From Litorivicinaceae bacterium (GTDB lineage: Bacteria; Pseudomonadota; Gammaproteobacteria; Pseudomonadales; Litorivicinaceae): a DNA stretch of 64,000 nt. The notes below the pieces were generated by a model. That model saw only the letters and a list, made by a program, of their open reading frames with translations. It was not told where the DNA came from and did no database searches. Within the stretch, counting starts at the first letter, position 1, and the number at the start of each line of letters is the position of its first letter. The position numbers were made by a program, and so were the translations under genes. The stretch is from NCBI GenBank assembly GCA_965655875.1, contig CBFHIN010000001.1:11114-75113 (forward strand), written 5' to 3'. Below, piece by piece: positions 1 to 11,993 of this stretch.

Positions 1-1580
1 TCTCTCGCCTCAACAATACGCTCACTCGTTCCAACCTCAGCTAAATCACTTAAGACATCGCGAACAAGATCCTCATGACTCGCTCGCCTCAAAATCGCTG
101 GAACATGTTCGATTCGAATTGTTTCTGGACCAACGCGTTGCACACCTAATCCAAATTGCTCGAATAAACTCACCGCCTCTTCAACCAAGGATGCCTCACG
201 CTCACTTACATGCATCGTCACAGGGATCAATAAAGGCTGGCTGACCAGGCCGCGATCATCCAGAGCTTGCTTGAGCGCCTCGTAAGTGATTCGCTCATGT
301 GCTGCGTGCATATCAACGACGATCATGCCATCACGCGCCTGCGACAAGATATACACCCCGTGCAGCTGTGCGATCGCATAACCCATTGGCGGAATGTCTT
401 CAGATTCGTCGAGATACACCTCAGGGGCTGCCTGCATGGGTCGAGCGAGCTGGGAAAGTACGTCATATCCGCCGCTTCCAGTACGCTCATCAAAACGAAT
501 CCCGGTTTGGTGTTGAGACTCCTCAACTGACCGATCGACTGACGTTTGAGCCGGCTGTAATGATTGATCTGGGCGATCATCTGCAAGCACACGGGACACC
601 GAACGCAATAAAAAATCGTAAATCAGCCGCGAATCTCTAAATCGAACTTCATGCTTTGTTGGATGAACATTCACATCCACTTGCGCTGGATCGAGCTCTA
701 AATACAGCAGATAACAAGGATGACGTCCGTGAAACAGCACATCTCGGTAAGCTTGCCTTAATGCGTGCGAAACGAGCTTATCTCTTACGATGCGTCCGTT
801 GACGAACACATACTGACAATCCGCCTGCGCACGATTAAACGTTGCACGACAGGCCCAACCCTTCAATGTTAGCCCGACCGCACTAGCATCTACAGACAGC
901 GCCGCATCCATAAATCCACGACCGAGCAAAGTCGCTACGCGTTCAGTTTGCGCGCTATCGCTCAGAGCCGGAGGAAGCTGACGAGTCACGCGCCCCTGGT
1001 GCACCAACCGAAAACCAACATCAAAACGACTCAATGCTTGGCGACTAATCACTGTATCGATGTGGCCATACTCGGTTTTCTCAGTTTTTAAAAACTTCCG
1101 ACGAGCAGGGGTATTAAAAAATAAATCACGGACATCGACTGTCGTGCCTTGAGGATGCGGAGACGCTTCGATCGCGGCTGCCATATCACGACCTTCAACA
1201 GACACTTTTGAACCAGCTTCGCCTTGAATCGCAGAGATCAAATCAAGCCGAGAAACAGAAGCAATCGATGCAAGCGCCTCACCTCGAAACCCAAGTGTTG
1301 CAACCGACTCAAGATCATCTAAATCAAAAATTTTACTTGTCGCATGTCGCGAAAGGGCCAGCGGCAACTGATCAGCCGGAATCCCTGTTCCGTTATCACG
1401 AATCCGAATCCGACCGATCCCGCCCGCTTCACAATCGACGTCAATTTGAGTCGACCCCGCATCCAATGCATTCTCAACAAGCTCTTTGACAACACTAGCC
1501 GGACGCTCGACCACTTCACCTGCAGCAATCTGGTTGGCAAGCCGAGTCGAAAGAACGCGGATTGATCGATCAGATTTCAT
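1..1580 (-). CDS. mutL: DNA mismatch repair protein MutL (N-terminal ~526 aa; C-terminus lies beyond window start)
   Basis: Own translation from ATG at 1580-1578: MKSDRSIRVLSTRLANQIAAGEVVERPASVVKELVENALDAGSTQIDV...IRDNGTGI (GHKL ATPase motifs). In the same frame near 680: LLYLELDPAQVDVNVHPTKHEVRF. The ORF runs off the window edge, so it is absent from the ORF track. Confidence 0.93.
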   Translation of the reverse strand, partial: MKSDRSIRVLSTRLANQIAAGEVVERPASVVKELVENALDAGSTQIDVDCEAGGIGRIRIRDNGTGIPADQLPLALSRHATSKIFDLDDLESVATLGFRGEALASIASVSRLDLISAIQGEAGSKVSVEGRDMAAAIEASPHPQGTTVDVRDLFFNTPARRKFLKTEKTEYGHIDTVISRQALSRFDVGFRLVHQGRVTRQLPPALSDSAQTERVATLLGRGFMDAALSVDASAVGLTLKGWACRATFNRAQADCQYVFVNGRIVRDKLVSHALRQAYRDVLFHGRHPCYLLYLELDPAQVDVNVHPTKHEVRFRDSRLIYDFLLRSVSRVLADDRPDQSLQPAQTSVDRSVEESQHQTGIRFDERTGSGGYDVLSQLARPMQAAPEVYLDESEDIPPMGYAIAQLHGVYILSQARDGMIVVDMHAAHERITYEALKQALDDRGLVSQPLLIPVTMHVSEREASLVEEAVSLFEQFGLGVQRVGPETIRIEHVPAILRRASHEDLVRDVLSDLAEVGTSERIVEAR

Positions 1581-2157
1581 CAATTTGTACGTGAGTTAAG
1601 CTCATGACTGCTTCGCGGACTTCATGCGCTCGTATCCAATCACCATCCGGGCAATCATGTTGTGCCTTCATTAAGAGAGCCTCAAAAGCCTCTGTGCGCT
1701 CCTTTTCAATATGCTGCGCAACAGGACCCTTACCTTCTTGCTTGATCACGACCATCGCATCGAGGATGTCGGACAGCTTCATACAAAAATAAATATGCGG
1801 CCGATCACTTTTCGCCCGATGCTCGCGAGTGGCTGCATCAGGACAAATTGCCGCTTCTAATTGATCGATCGGTGACTCGCCTGCGGGAAAGACATTTTTT
1901 AATTGCCGCTTAATCGGTGATGGCATGTCACCTGTAACCACTTCAGATAAATCGTGCATCAGTGAGAGCTCATACAAGAGCACCTGATCCTCAGCCGATA
2001 GATCTGGGTACACGCGAGAGGCTATTTCTCGGGCATACAACGCAACCAAACACGAATGCTCCGCAACCGACGGGTACCGATGACAATTCACTGAGTGCCA
2101 ACGCGTCACTGTGCCAGCAAACGGAAGATTTCGAATATCAAATTGCATCGCTTTCAT
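1570..2157 (-). CDS. HD-domain phosphohydrolase (YfbR-like 5'-deoxynucleotidase family)
   Basis: 195-aa ORF with HD-superfamily residues (VAEHSCLVALYA; LSLMHDLSEVVTGD). Stop overlaps the mutL start by 11 nt; 9-nt gap after amiB. Confidence 0.75.
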   Translation of the reverse strand: MKAMQFDIRNLPFAGTVTRWHSVNCHRYPSVAEHSCLVALYAREIASRVYPDLSAEDQVLLYELSLMHDLSEVVTGDMPSPIKRQLKNVFPAGESPIDQLEAAICPDAATREHRAKSDRPHIYFCMKLSDILDAMVVIKQEGKGPVAQHIEKERTEAFEALLMKAQHDCPDGDWIRAHEVREAVMSLTHVQIDEI

Positions 2158-2166
2158 TTGATCATG

Positions 2167-3492
2167 CTACCGCGGTGCGACCGGGACCTCTAGCTTTTGG
2201 CCCAGCTGAATCACATTGCTCTTAAGACCGTTAAGTTCCTTCAATGCCTTTAAAGACAGACCATGGCGGGCAGCAATTTCTGACAGCGTATCACCGCGCT
2301 TCACTTCAACAATGATGCGTTGACCAGCGTTCTCTTTGCGCCAAGCCACAAACGTATTTGCTGGAGGACTCTTTTCAAAATAACGTTTGATCCCCTCAAA
2401 AATTGCAGCAGCAATCTTTTCTTGCTCTCGCCTATTTGATAACCGTTTCGCGTCAGAGCGATTCGATAAAAAACCAGTTTCAATTAACAGAGAAGGTATA
2501 TCTGGGCTCCGAAGGACAACGAAATTAGCGAGTCCAAGATGTTTTTTATGAACGCGTCCGGCACCGGCTAAGTCACGCAAGACACCCTCACCCGCTTGCT
2601 TACTAATGCGAATTGCAGATTCCATCGACATATTGAGAAGTACCTGACGGGTATCATCATCCACATCACCTAAATCGACTCCACCCGCCAAATCGTCTGC
2701 GTTTTCGGTGTTTTGAAGCCATCGCGATAGTTCTGAATTTGCACCGCGTAATGACAAAGCATAAACACCCGTACCACGCACGTTACGATTTTTTGGGAAA
2801 CTATCTGCGTGAATCGACACGAAAAAGTCGGCACCTGCTTCACGAGCCAGTCTTGGCCGATCTTTCAACGGGATGAATCGATCATCCTCACGCGTCAGGA
2901 CCGCCCGATACCCGGGTTCACTCTGGAATCGTCTAGCCAGTCGTTTGGCAATTTGTAAAACAACCTTTTTTTCAACCACGCCGTACGAGGATGCTCCAGG
3001 GTCTCTGCCGCCATGGCCTGGATCAATGGCCACAATAATATCGCGCTTGGCGACTGGTGGTTCGGAGGGTTCATCGTTTGATTGGCTTCGTGGCGATGCC
3101 TTTTCATTCGCCTGATAGCCTACAATATCGATGACCAAACGATGCGGATAACGGCTTTTTGGCTCCAGAGCAAACACACCCGTCCGATAGTCGCCTGCCA
3201 GATCAAACACTAAGCGATGACCTTGACCACGTTTGGATCGACGAATCCGTTGAATACGAGAATCATCGATCGCATCGAGTGCCTGCAAAGTAGGTTGAGT
3301 CAAATTCGTAATATCAAGAACTAACCGGCTCGGATTATTCAAATTGAAGTGCGAGAACCGAGGCTTACCTGATAGTTCAAGCACGACTCGCGAACTGTCT
3401 TGGTCTGCTGATGAACGGACTGATGTGAGTTCGATCGCGTGGATCGGAAGCCCAACAATCCAGAAAATAATGAAAGCAAGCAATCGAGTCAT
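2167..3492 (-). CDS. amiB: N-acetylmuramoyl-L-alanine amidase with AMIN, Amidase_3 and C-terminal LysM domains
   Basis: Signal peptide, then AMIN-like region (SRVVLELSGKPRFSHFNLNNPSRLVLDI), amidase core (IVAIDPGHGGRDPGA...SIHADS) and LysM (VKRGDTLSEIAARHGLSLKALKELNGL). ATGA overlap with tsaE. Confidence 0.9.
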   Translation of the reverse strand: MTRLLAFIIFWIVGLPIHAIELTSVRSSADQDSSRVVLELSGKPRFSHFNLNNPSRLVLDITNLTQPTLQALDAIDDSRIQRIRRSKRGQGHRLVFDLAGDYRTGVFALEPKSRYPHRLVIDIVGYQANEKASPRSQSNDEPSEPPVAKRDIIVAIDPGHGGRDPGASSYGVVEKKVVLQIAKRLARRFQSEPGYRAVLTREDDRFIPLKDRPRLAREAGADFFVSIHADSFPKNRNVRGTGVYALSLRGANSELSRWLQNTENADDLAGGVDLGDVDDDTRQVLLNMSMESAIRISKQAGEGVLRDLAGAGRVHKKHLGLANFVVLRSPDIPSLLIETGFLSNRSDAKRLSNRREQEKIAAAIFEGIKRYFEKSPPANTFVAWRKENAGQRIIVEVKRGDTLSEIAARHGLSLKALKELNGLKSNVIQLGQKLEVPVAPR

Positions 3493-3956
3493 TCGACAGT
3501 TGGAACCTTTAGATCAGTCAGCCACTGCTCGCCTTTTTTCGACTTGGCTGAGAGCGCACACATTCGGCCGTCATCATGCCACATCAAATGCACGTCCAAG
3601 TCTGGTGATGGCAGCAAGGGACCTGCACGTTCCGGCCATTCAATGAGCAACCCTTGACCATCCAGCATGTCACGAAATCCCATAAAATCTAATTCTTCAG
3701 GGTCCTCTAACCGATACAGATCCATATGTGACACCGATAATTTTTTACCGATGACATACGTCTCACAGAGTGTATAAGTGGGCGACGGTATCGCATCGGT
3801 GACACCGAGTTTCTTTAAGAATGCGCGGGCGAGATGACTTTTTCCAGCACCCAAATTACCCGTCAATGTCACCAGAAAAGGTGCCTTCGGACAGCATTTT
3901 GCGAGCGCCTTGCCAAGCTTACGAGTCATCGACTCATCGATCAATTCTATGCGCAT
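3489..3956 (-). CDS. tsaE: tRNA t6A37 biosynthesis ATPase TsaE
   Basis: 155 aa; P-loop TLTGNLGAGKSHLARAF; conserved position upstream of amiB-mutL. Confidence 0.9.
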   Translation of the reverse strand: MRIELIDESMTRKLGKALAKCCPKAPFLVTLTGNLGAGKSHLARAFLKKLGVTDAIPSPTYTLCETYVIGKKLSVSHMDLYRLEDPEELDFMGFRDMLDGQGLLIEWPERAGPLLPSPDLDVHLMWHDDGRMCALSAKSKKGEQWLTDLKVPTVE

Positions 3957-3997
3957 CGAGGATTCCGGTTCACGATTACTCTGGTAGTGTACCGGTC

Positions 3998-5089
3998 ATG
4001 GACGACTCATGGCACCAATCGAATCAAGTTCTCTCCCGACTCGAAGACAAGGCACGCGAGCTTGGATTCACATCGCTTGGTATCACAGACCCCGATGTAT
4101 CCAACCATGTGTCATTTTTGGACTCATGGATAGAGGCTGGCTTTCACGGAACCATGGAATGGTTCGAACGTCACCTTGAGCTACGAAAAGATCCAACACG
4201 CTTAGTTGAGGGGACAAAACGTGTGATTTCTGTGCGACTTGATTATTTGCCGGAACACACGGATTGCATCGATATTCTTAACGATCCAGATAAGGCCTAC
4301 ATCTCTCGATACGCGCTGGGTCGGGACTACCACAAGCTAATGCGGAAACGACTGAAGCAATTAGGCGACTGGTTTTCAAACGAAATCGCACCCCATGGTT
4401 TCCGAGTATTCTCAGATTCTGCACCAATCTTGGAAAAGCACATTGCCGAAAAAGCAGGCCTCGGGTGGATTGGAAAAAATACGTTACTACTGTCTAGAAA
4501 TGCCGGAAGCTGGTTCTTCTTAGGCGAGATTCTAACTGACTATCCACTCGAACTATCCAAGACGACAGAACAGCCTCGCTGTGGATCGTGTACTGCCTGT
4601 CTCGATATCTGTCCTACGCAGGCTTTTCCAGAACCATATCGACTTGATGCAACGAAATGCATCAGCTATCTGACAATCGAGCACAAAGGCCCGATTCCAG
4701 TCGAGCTCAGAGAACCAATGGGGAACCGTGTCTTTGGCTGCGATGATTGCCAATTAGTCTGCCCATGGAATCGTTACGCCGCAGTCGGTGACCCAGCCTT
4801 TCAGCCGAGACATGCACTTGATCAACAGAACTTAATCGATCTTTTTCAATGGTCTGAATCTGAGTTTTTGGAAAGAACGGAAGGAAGCCCATTACGCCGC
4901 GCAGGTTATGTGAAATTCCTTGAGAACCTTGCGATTGGTTTGGGTAACAGTCAAAGCCAAACGAAGTTGACCATTGGTGTTCTCACATCTCAGCTTGGTC
5001 GCCATGGAGCAACACTCGACGACCACATTAACTGGGCGATTGCTGCCCTTCAGACTCGAGCTTCAAAAAATGAGTCCGATAGTGTTTAA
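3998..5089 (+). CDS. queG: Epoxyqueuosine reductase QueG
   Basis: 4Fe-4S motifs [12 protein letters not shown] and [11 protein letters not shown]. The tracked ORF starts at 3821 inside tsaE; I place the start at ATG 3998 ([24 protein letters not shown]). Confidence 0.88.
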   Translation: MDDSWHQSNQVLSRLEDKARELGFTSLGITDPDVSNHVSFLDSWIEAGFHGTMEWFERHLELRKDPTRLVEGTKRVISVRLDYLPEHTDCIDILNDPDKAYISRYALGRDYHKLMRKRLKQLGDWFSNEIAPHGFRVFSDSAPILEKHIAEKAGLGWIGKNTLLLSRNAGSWFFLGEILTDYPLELSKTTEQPRCGSCTACLDICPTQAFPEPYRLDATKCISYLTIEHKGPIPVELREPMGNRVFGCDDCQLVCPWNRYAAVGDPAFQPRHALDQQNLIDLFQWSESEFLERTEGSPLRRAGYVKFLENLAIGLGNSQSQTKLTIGVLTSQLGRHGATLDDHINWAIAALQTRASKNESDSV

Positions 5090-5597
5090 GCTCATTAATC
5101 GACTCATGCACGTCTGCAAGCGCGAGATGCTGTCCTGCTTTTACAAGCCCTTCAGAGGCTTTTGGATTCCAACGCTTAGCGAGCTCTTTGAGCGTCGATA
5201 CATCTAAATTTCGATAGTGGAAAAACGCTTCTAGTTTCGGCATATATCGAGCTAAAAATCGACGATCTTGGCAAATGGAATTACCGCACATTGGTGACTG
5301 TCGAGGATCAAGATACGCGCTCAAAAACTCAATCGTTTTCAACTCTGCTTCGGCTTCTGTGATTTTTGATTGTTTGACACGTTCTGTCAGGCCGGATTGA
5401 CCATGTTGACGTGTATTCCACTCATCCATCGCATCCAGACGCTCTTGGGATTGATGAATGGCATACATCGGCCCCTCAGCAAGCACATTCAGATCTTTAT
5501 CTGTAACAACTGTCGCTATCTCAATAATGCGATCATTTTCGGGCGAAAGACCTGTCATCTCCAAGTCAATCCAAATCAAATTCAACGCATGTTTCAT
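5028..5597 (-). CDS. orn: Oligoribonuclease
   Basis: DEDDh exonuclease motifs ([11 protein letters not shown]; HQSGL; [16 protein letters not shown]). Start chosen at ATG 5597, which forms an ATGA overlap with the epmA stop. Confidence 0.92.
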   Translation of the reverse strand: MKHALNLIWIDLEMTGLSPENDRIIEIATVVTDKDLNVLAEGPMYAIHQSQERLDAMDEWNTRQHGQSGLTERVKQSKITEAEAELKTIEFLSAYLDPRQSPMCGNSICQDRRFLARYMPKLEAFFHYRNLDVSTLKELAKRWNPKASEGLVKAGQHLALADVHESINELKHYRTHFLKLESEGQQSPS

Positions 5598-6541
5598 AAA
5601 TGATCCGTAAAAGTCATACATTCTGAGAGAGTGTCCAATTGCAAGGTCACTTGCAATAATCGGTCAACCCCAAGCGCAACACCGTAACTAGATGGAAGCC
5701 CACGCGTCAACGCGTCCAGTAGCGCTTGATCTTTCGGGACCGCCGGACGGTGCAATGCCTCCCGCCGCTTCATGTCCTGATCAAACCGTACTGACTGTTC
5801 TTTTGGATCTGTCAGCTCGTGATAACCGTTGGCGATTTCAATTCCTGAAATGTACAGCTCAGCTCTCTTAGCAACTGAATCCATACCGTCAGACTCAATA
5901 CGAGCGAGCGCCGCCTGAACCGTCGGAAAATCAATCACAATGTGATTACTTAGGTGAGGCTCAATTTCTGTAGCAAACAATACGTTCAATAAACTGTCTA
6001 GATCGAGAGAAGACGCAGCTTTTTGACCAAGAAGCGCGCTTGCAAGTGTCACCAATTCCTCGGTCTCGACTTGATGCGGATTCATGCCATAGGTTGATTC
6101 AAATAACTCGCGATACGTTACGATTGCAGGCCGCCCGTGGGTCGTAAGCTCTTCGATCAAGTCTTGGATCTCGCATACCATCATTTCAAATGGTCTCGCT
6201 TCAATAGGTCGATACCATTCAAGCATAGTGAACTCGATGGCGTGCTGAGACCCTTCTTCATTGGCTCGAAACGCTTTACCAATCGAATGCAACGGGCATT
6301 GATACTCGGCAAGGAGTTGCTTTAAATACGTTTCAGGAGAGGTCAGAAGATAGCCAATCCCAACTCCTGCAGGATCATGTACCGTAAAACTATCAAGCCA
6401 TGGATCTGATGCGGGTGCTTTCGCAATAACTGGAACATCAACTTCGAGCGAGTTTTTTGCATCAAAAAACGAGCGAAGCCCGGACAGTAACCTGGCACGG
6501 GCTTCGAGTGTAGTTTTTGTGGCCATTGGCCTGACTATCAT
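5594..6541 (-). CDS. epmA: EF-P--(R)-beta-lysine ligase (PoxA/GenX)
   Basis: 315 aa, truncated class II LysRS-like catalytic core ([15 protein letters not shown]; FTMLEWY; [10 protein letters not shown]). ATGA overlap with efp. Confidence 0.9.
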   Translation of the reverse strand: MIVRPMATKTTLEARARLLSGLRSFFDAKNSLEVDVPVIAKAPASDPWLDSFTVHDPAGVGIGYLLTSPETYLKQLLAEYQCPLHSIGKAFRANEEGSQHAIEFTMLEWYRPIEARPFEMMVCEIQDLIEELTTHGRPAIVTYRELFESTYGMNPHQVETEELVTLASALLGQKAASSLDLDSLLNVLFATEIEPHLSNHIVIDFPTVQAALARIESDGMDSVAKRAELYISGIEIANGYHELTDPKEQSVRFDQDMKRREALHRPAVPKDQALLDALTRGLPSSYGVALGVDRLLQVTLQLDTLSECMTFTDHL

Positions 6542-7113
6542 TTTTTAGTGGCGCGTGAAACGTAATCACCGGTCCGTGTATCAACACGAAGCACTTCACC
6601 AATTTCAATGAAAAGCGGTACGTTAACAACAGCTCCTGTGGCCAAAGTCGCAGGCTTAGAACCGCCCTGGGCCGTATCGCCCTTGAGACCTGGATCCGTC
6701 TCTGTCACTTCAAGCTCAATATGATTTGGAGGAGTCACTGCCAATGGAGCGCCATTGAACAATGTAATGATGTAGGTCTCTTGTTCCTTCAACCATTTCG
6801 CAGAATCACCAACCGCTTTGGTATCCGCCGCATGCTGTTCGAATGAGCCGTCAGTCATCATGAAATGATAGAACTCACCATCGGAATACAAATATTCCAT
6901 GTCCAGATCGATCACATCGGCCGCCTCAACCGAGTCTCCAGATTTGAAGGTCTTCTCAACAACGCGACCCGTTTTCAGGTTTTTGATCTTAACGCGATTG
7001 AACGCCTGACCTTTACCTGGCTTCACAAATTCGTTTTCAACGATTGTGCACGGATCACCGTCGATTAAAACTTTCAGGCCTGATTTGAACTCATTGGTTG
7101 AGAACGATGCCAT
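6538..7113 (-). CDS. efp: Elongation factor P (Lys-type loop KPGKGQAF)
   Basis: 191 aa; [23 protein letters not shown]. Confidence 0.96.
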   Translation of the reverse strand: MASFSTNEFKSGLKVLIDGDPCTIVENEFVKPGKGQAFNRVKIKNLKTGRVVEKTFKSGDSVEAADVIDLDMEYLYSDGEFYHFMMTDGSFEQHAADTKAVGDSAKWLKEQETYIITLFNGAPLAVTPPNHIELEVTETDPGLKGDTAQGGSKPATLATGAVVNVPLFIEIGEVLRVDTRTGDYVSRATKK

Positions 7114-7116
7114 CGA

Positions 7117-7563
7117 TTACTCTCCAGTAATTGCAACTGTAATCGTCGCAAACACTTCCGCGTGAACCTGGCACTGCACTTCGTGCTCACCAGTATTACG
7201 GAGTGGTCCTTCCGGAAGACGTACTTCGCTCTTATCAAGCGTCAAGCCAGCCGCTTCAGCTGCCTCAGCGATGTCACGAGTCCCAATCGAACCGAATAGC
7301 TTACCTTCGTCACCGGCCTTTGCAGTAATCGCAACCGTTTGACCGTTTAATCCCTCAGCACGCGCTGTTGCCGCATCAAGCTGCTCTTGAGCAGCCTTTT
7401 CAAGCTCAGCACGACGTGTTTCGAATTCAGCGACATTCGCCTCATTTGCAAGTACAGCGCGACCCTGTGGCAATAGGAAATTACGTGCATAACCGCCTTT
7501 AACAGTCACGCGGTCACCAAGTGCGCCGAGCTTACCAACTTTCTCAAGCAGAATTACTTCCAT
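7117..7563 (-). CDS. rplI: 50S ribosomal protein L9
   Basis: [34 protein letters not shown]. Confidence 0.97.
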   Translation of the reverse strand: MEVILLEKVGKLGALGDRVTVKGGYARNFLLPQGRAVLANEANVAEFETRRAELEKAAQEQLDAATARAEGLNGQTVAITAKAGDEGKLFGSIGTRDIAEAAEAAGLTLDKSEVRLPEGPLRNTGEHEVQCQVHAEVFATITVAITGE

Positions 7564-8439
7564 TTATTCATCCTCATCTTCTGGTGGTTCCTGAAGCGCG
7601 CGGGTCCGAAAATCCACAAACGCGTCAATGACCGCCAATAACGCCAATAACAACAAAAGATATGGCGTAAAAAATACCAATGCTGTGTAGAACATGATGA
7701 TGAGCCCTTTCGACTCTCTCATGCCTGTCAGCCCATGCACCAAAGCGATGCCAGCAAACATCAATGGCAACGCACCGACCGGTGAAAACCGGAGCATCCA
7801 GGGATCAACTAAAAATCCCGTAGACGCAAGGACCAAACATCCCACTGCGAACACAGGCGGCAACCGAACCGCCTCAAACTCAACTTTAAACCCACCTGGA
7901 TTAAAAGCCTGAGCCTGTAAAGCCCGTGCAAAGGTCAGAGCAAATAAAGCGCTAACAATATGTACAAAGCTCAATGCCCCAACAGATAACGACGCCATCC
8001 AAGCATCGACTGTTGCGCCGTCTACTCCAAGAGCAGACAACTGTGCAGGTGGAGCGACCACTTCTTTGATCGCCGTGACCAAGCCCTTTAGCGTCTCTTC
8101 ATAGAGCGCGCCAACGACGAACACCAAAATCAGCGATAGTCCCAGTCCTACCATGAGAACTGCAAGCCAACTTAGTGTCCGATGAAGGACTGCCGATAAC
8201 GCAACAGTCAACCCCAATACCAGCAATATCGCTGAATCACCGAAGCTCACGGCCATCGCCGAAGCGACGAGCAATGGAGCTCCGATAACCAGTGGAGATT
8301 TTTCAGGTCCACGTCGTAATGCATACAAAGCGACGACAGAAGCACCTGCCCAAGACACCAGCGGTAAAAATAACAGCAACGATGCAATCAGTGCTGCCCG
8401 CCACTCAGACGCCATTAAGTAATGCGCCAGCCGTGCCAT
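7564..8439 (-). CDS. Polytopic inner-membrane protein of unknown function embedded in the rpsF-rpsR-rplI operon
   Basis: 291 aa with several hydrophobic helices and an acidic tail (EPPEDEDE). Its stop abuts the rplI ATG (TAAATG). AGGGGA RBS 15 nt after the rpsR stop. Confidence 0.8.
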   Translation of the reverse strand: MARLAHYLMASEWRAALIASLLLFLPLVSWAGASVVALYALRRGPEKSPLVIGAPLLVASAMAVSFGDSAILLVLGLTVALSAVLHRTLSWLAVLMVGLGLSLILVFVVGALYEETLKGLVTAIKEVVAPPAQLSALGVDGATVDAWMASLSVGALSFVHIVSALFALTFARALQAQAFNPGGFKVEFEAVRLPPVFAVGCLVLASTGFLVDPWMLRFSPVGALPLMFAGIALVHGLTGMRESKGLIIMFYTALVFFTPYLLLLLALLAVIDAFVDFRTRALQEPPEDEDE

Positions 8440-8454
8440 GGGGTCCCCTATTAA

Positions 8455-8685
8455 TTAAATATCGTGCGAATCCGTATACGGAAGTAGTGCAAGATACCGT
8501 GCGCGTTTGATTGCAGTTGCAAGCTGGCGCTGATACTTCGCACTGGTTCCGGTAATCCGTGAAGGTACAATTTTACCGGTCTCGGTAATGTACTGCTTCA
8601 AGGTATCCAGATCCTTGTAATCAATTTCTACGACTTTTTCAGCCGAAAAACGACAGAATTTACGACGACGGAAAAAACGTGACAT
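8455..8685 (-). CDS. rpsR: 30S ribosomal protein S18
   Basis: [13 protein letters not shown]...[34 protein letters not shown]. Confidence 0.97.
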   Translation of the reverse strand: MSRFFRRRKFCRFSAEKVVEIDYKDLDTLKQYITETGKIVPSRITGTSAKYQRQLATAIKRARYLALLPYTDSHDI

Positions 8686-8696
8686 ATCTCGCTCCT

Positions 8697-9149
8697 TTAC
8701 TCTTCAGTTGTTGCTTCAGTGTCAACAACATCTGATGTGTCGTTGTCGTCTTCAATGACAGCTTCCGCATCATCTGCTGATTCAGCATCACGATCACGGC
8801 GGCGCTCTGACCGATCGCGGTCTTGACGGCTTTCAGCAGCTTTGATTGGCGAGATATCTGTTACCGCTTCTTTCCGCTTGATTACCATGTTACGCAACAC
8901 AGCATCATTAAATCGGAAAGTTGTTGTCAGTTCGTCGAGAACTTCAACGGAACACTCAATGTTCCAAAGAATGTAGTGTGCTTTGTGTAGATCATTGATC
9001 GGGTAAGCCAGTTGGCGACGACCCCAATCTTCAAAGCGATGCGCTGATCCGCCACCTTCTGTCACGGCATTGGTATACCGCTCCATCATTGCTGGGACCT
9101 GCTCTGACTGATCCGGATGGAACAGCAAAACGATTTCGTAATGGTTCAT
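8697..9149 (-). CDS. rpsF: 30S ribosomal protein S6 (acidic C-terminal tail)
   Basis: [25 protein letters not shown]...[10 protein letters not shown]. No priB lies between rpsF and rpsR. Confidence 0.97.
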   Translation of the reverse strand: MNHYEIVLLFHPDQSEQVPAMMERYTNAVTEGGGSAHRFEDWGRRQLAYPINDLHKAHYILWNIECSVEVLDELTTTFRFNDAVLRNMVIKRKEAVTDISPIKAAESRQDRDRSERRRDRDAESADDAEAVIEDDNDTSDVVDTEATTEE

Positions 9150-9271
9150 TATGACTCCTTACGGGTTTCGCCATCCGGCCTATCCAGATGGCAAGGAGAC
9201 TGCCTGCATTACAGGCAGTAGGGCGCGGGAGTCTAGTCGACCCTGCACCCTATTGCAATGAGGAAAACAGT
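9150..9271 (-). promoter_or_regulatory. Structured hfq-rpsF intergenic RNA: candidate rpsF 5' leader and/or hfq terminator
   Basis: Perfect 8-bp stem 9199-9206/9212-9219 (ACTGCCTG / CAGGCAGT). GC-rich 9-bp bulged stem 9221-9229/9241-9250. Neither is followed by a U tract on the minus strand. Confidence 0.4.
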
Positions 9272-9538
9272 TTAGCTGTCTAGATCGTATCGATCATCAG
9301 CTTCATCGTCTTCCATACCCGACGCCGGAATCTTCACATTACGCGCCGGCACAACGGTCGAAATCGCATGTTTGTAAACCATCTGACTGACAGTATTTTT
9401 TAGAAGAACGACAAATTGATCGAACGATTCAATTTGACCTTGTAGCTTGATTCCGTTGACCAAGAAGATCGAAACAGGAACGCGCTCCTTGCGCAAAATA
9501 TTCAAAAAGGGGTCTTGTAGTGAATGCCCTTTTGACAT
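9272..9538 (-). CDS. hfq: RNA chaperone Hfq
   Basis: [64 protein letters not shown]. Start at ATG 9538 behind GGGAGG; the tracked 9577 start adds 13 unconserved residues. Confidence 0.96.
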   Translation of the reverse strand: MSKGHSLQDPFLNILRKERVPVSIFLVNGIKLQGQIESFDQFVVLLKNTVSQMVYKHAISTVVPARNVKIPASGMEDDEADDRYDLDS

Positions 9539-9670
9539 GGTTACCTCCCGATACCGGACGGTCGTGGAGCCAATCATCCTCGCCAGCTCCTAAGGTTGGG
9601 TGTTTTCACCCACGACGGTCATTGTTTTTTGTTGTTTATATCAGCCAGCGAGCGATCACCAGCCTTCGAG

Positions 9671-11924
<2,254 letters not shown>

Positions 11925-11993
11925 ATTCCGTCCCTAGAAATAATTAGAAAGGACGCGAGTTTAGCAACACTCACTCCAACACGCATCCGACAA

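Noticed and set aside
267-1565. Several 60-113-aa ORFs on both strands at the window start
   Set aside because: All lie inside the open-ended mutL reading frame (minus strand, in frame from 1580 to base 1), which carries the MutL motifs.
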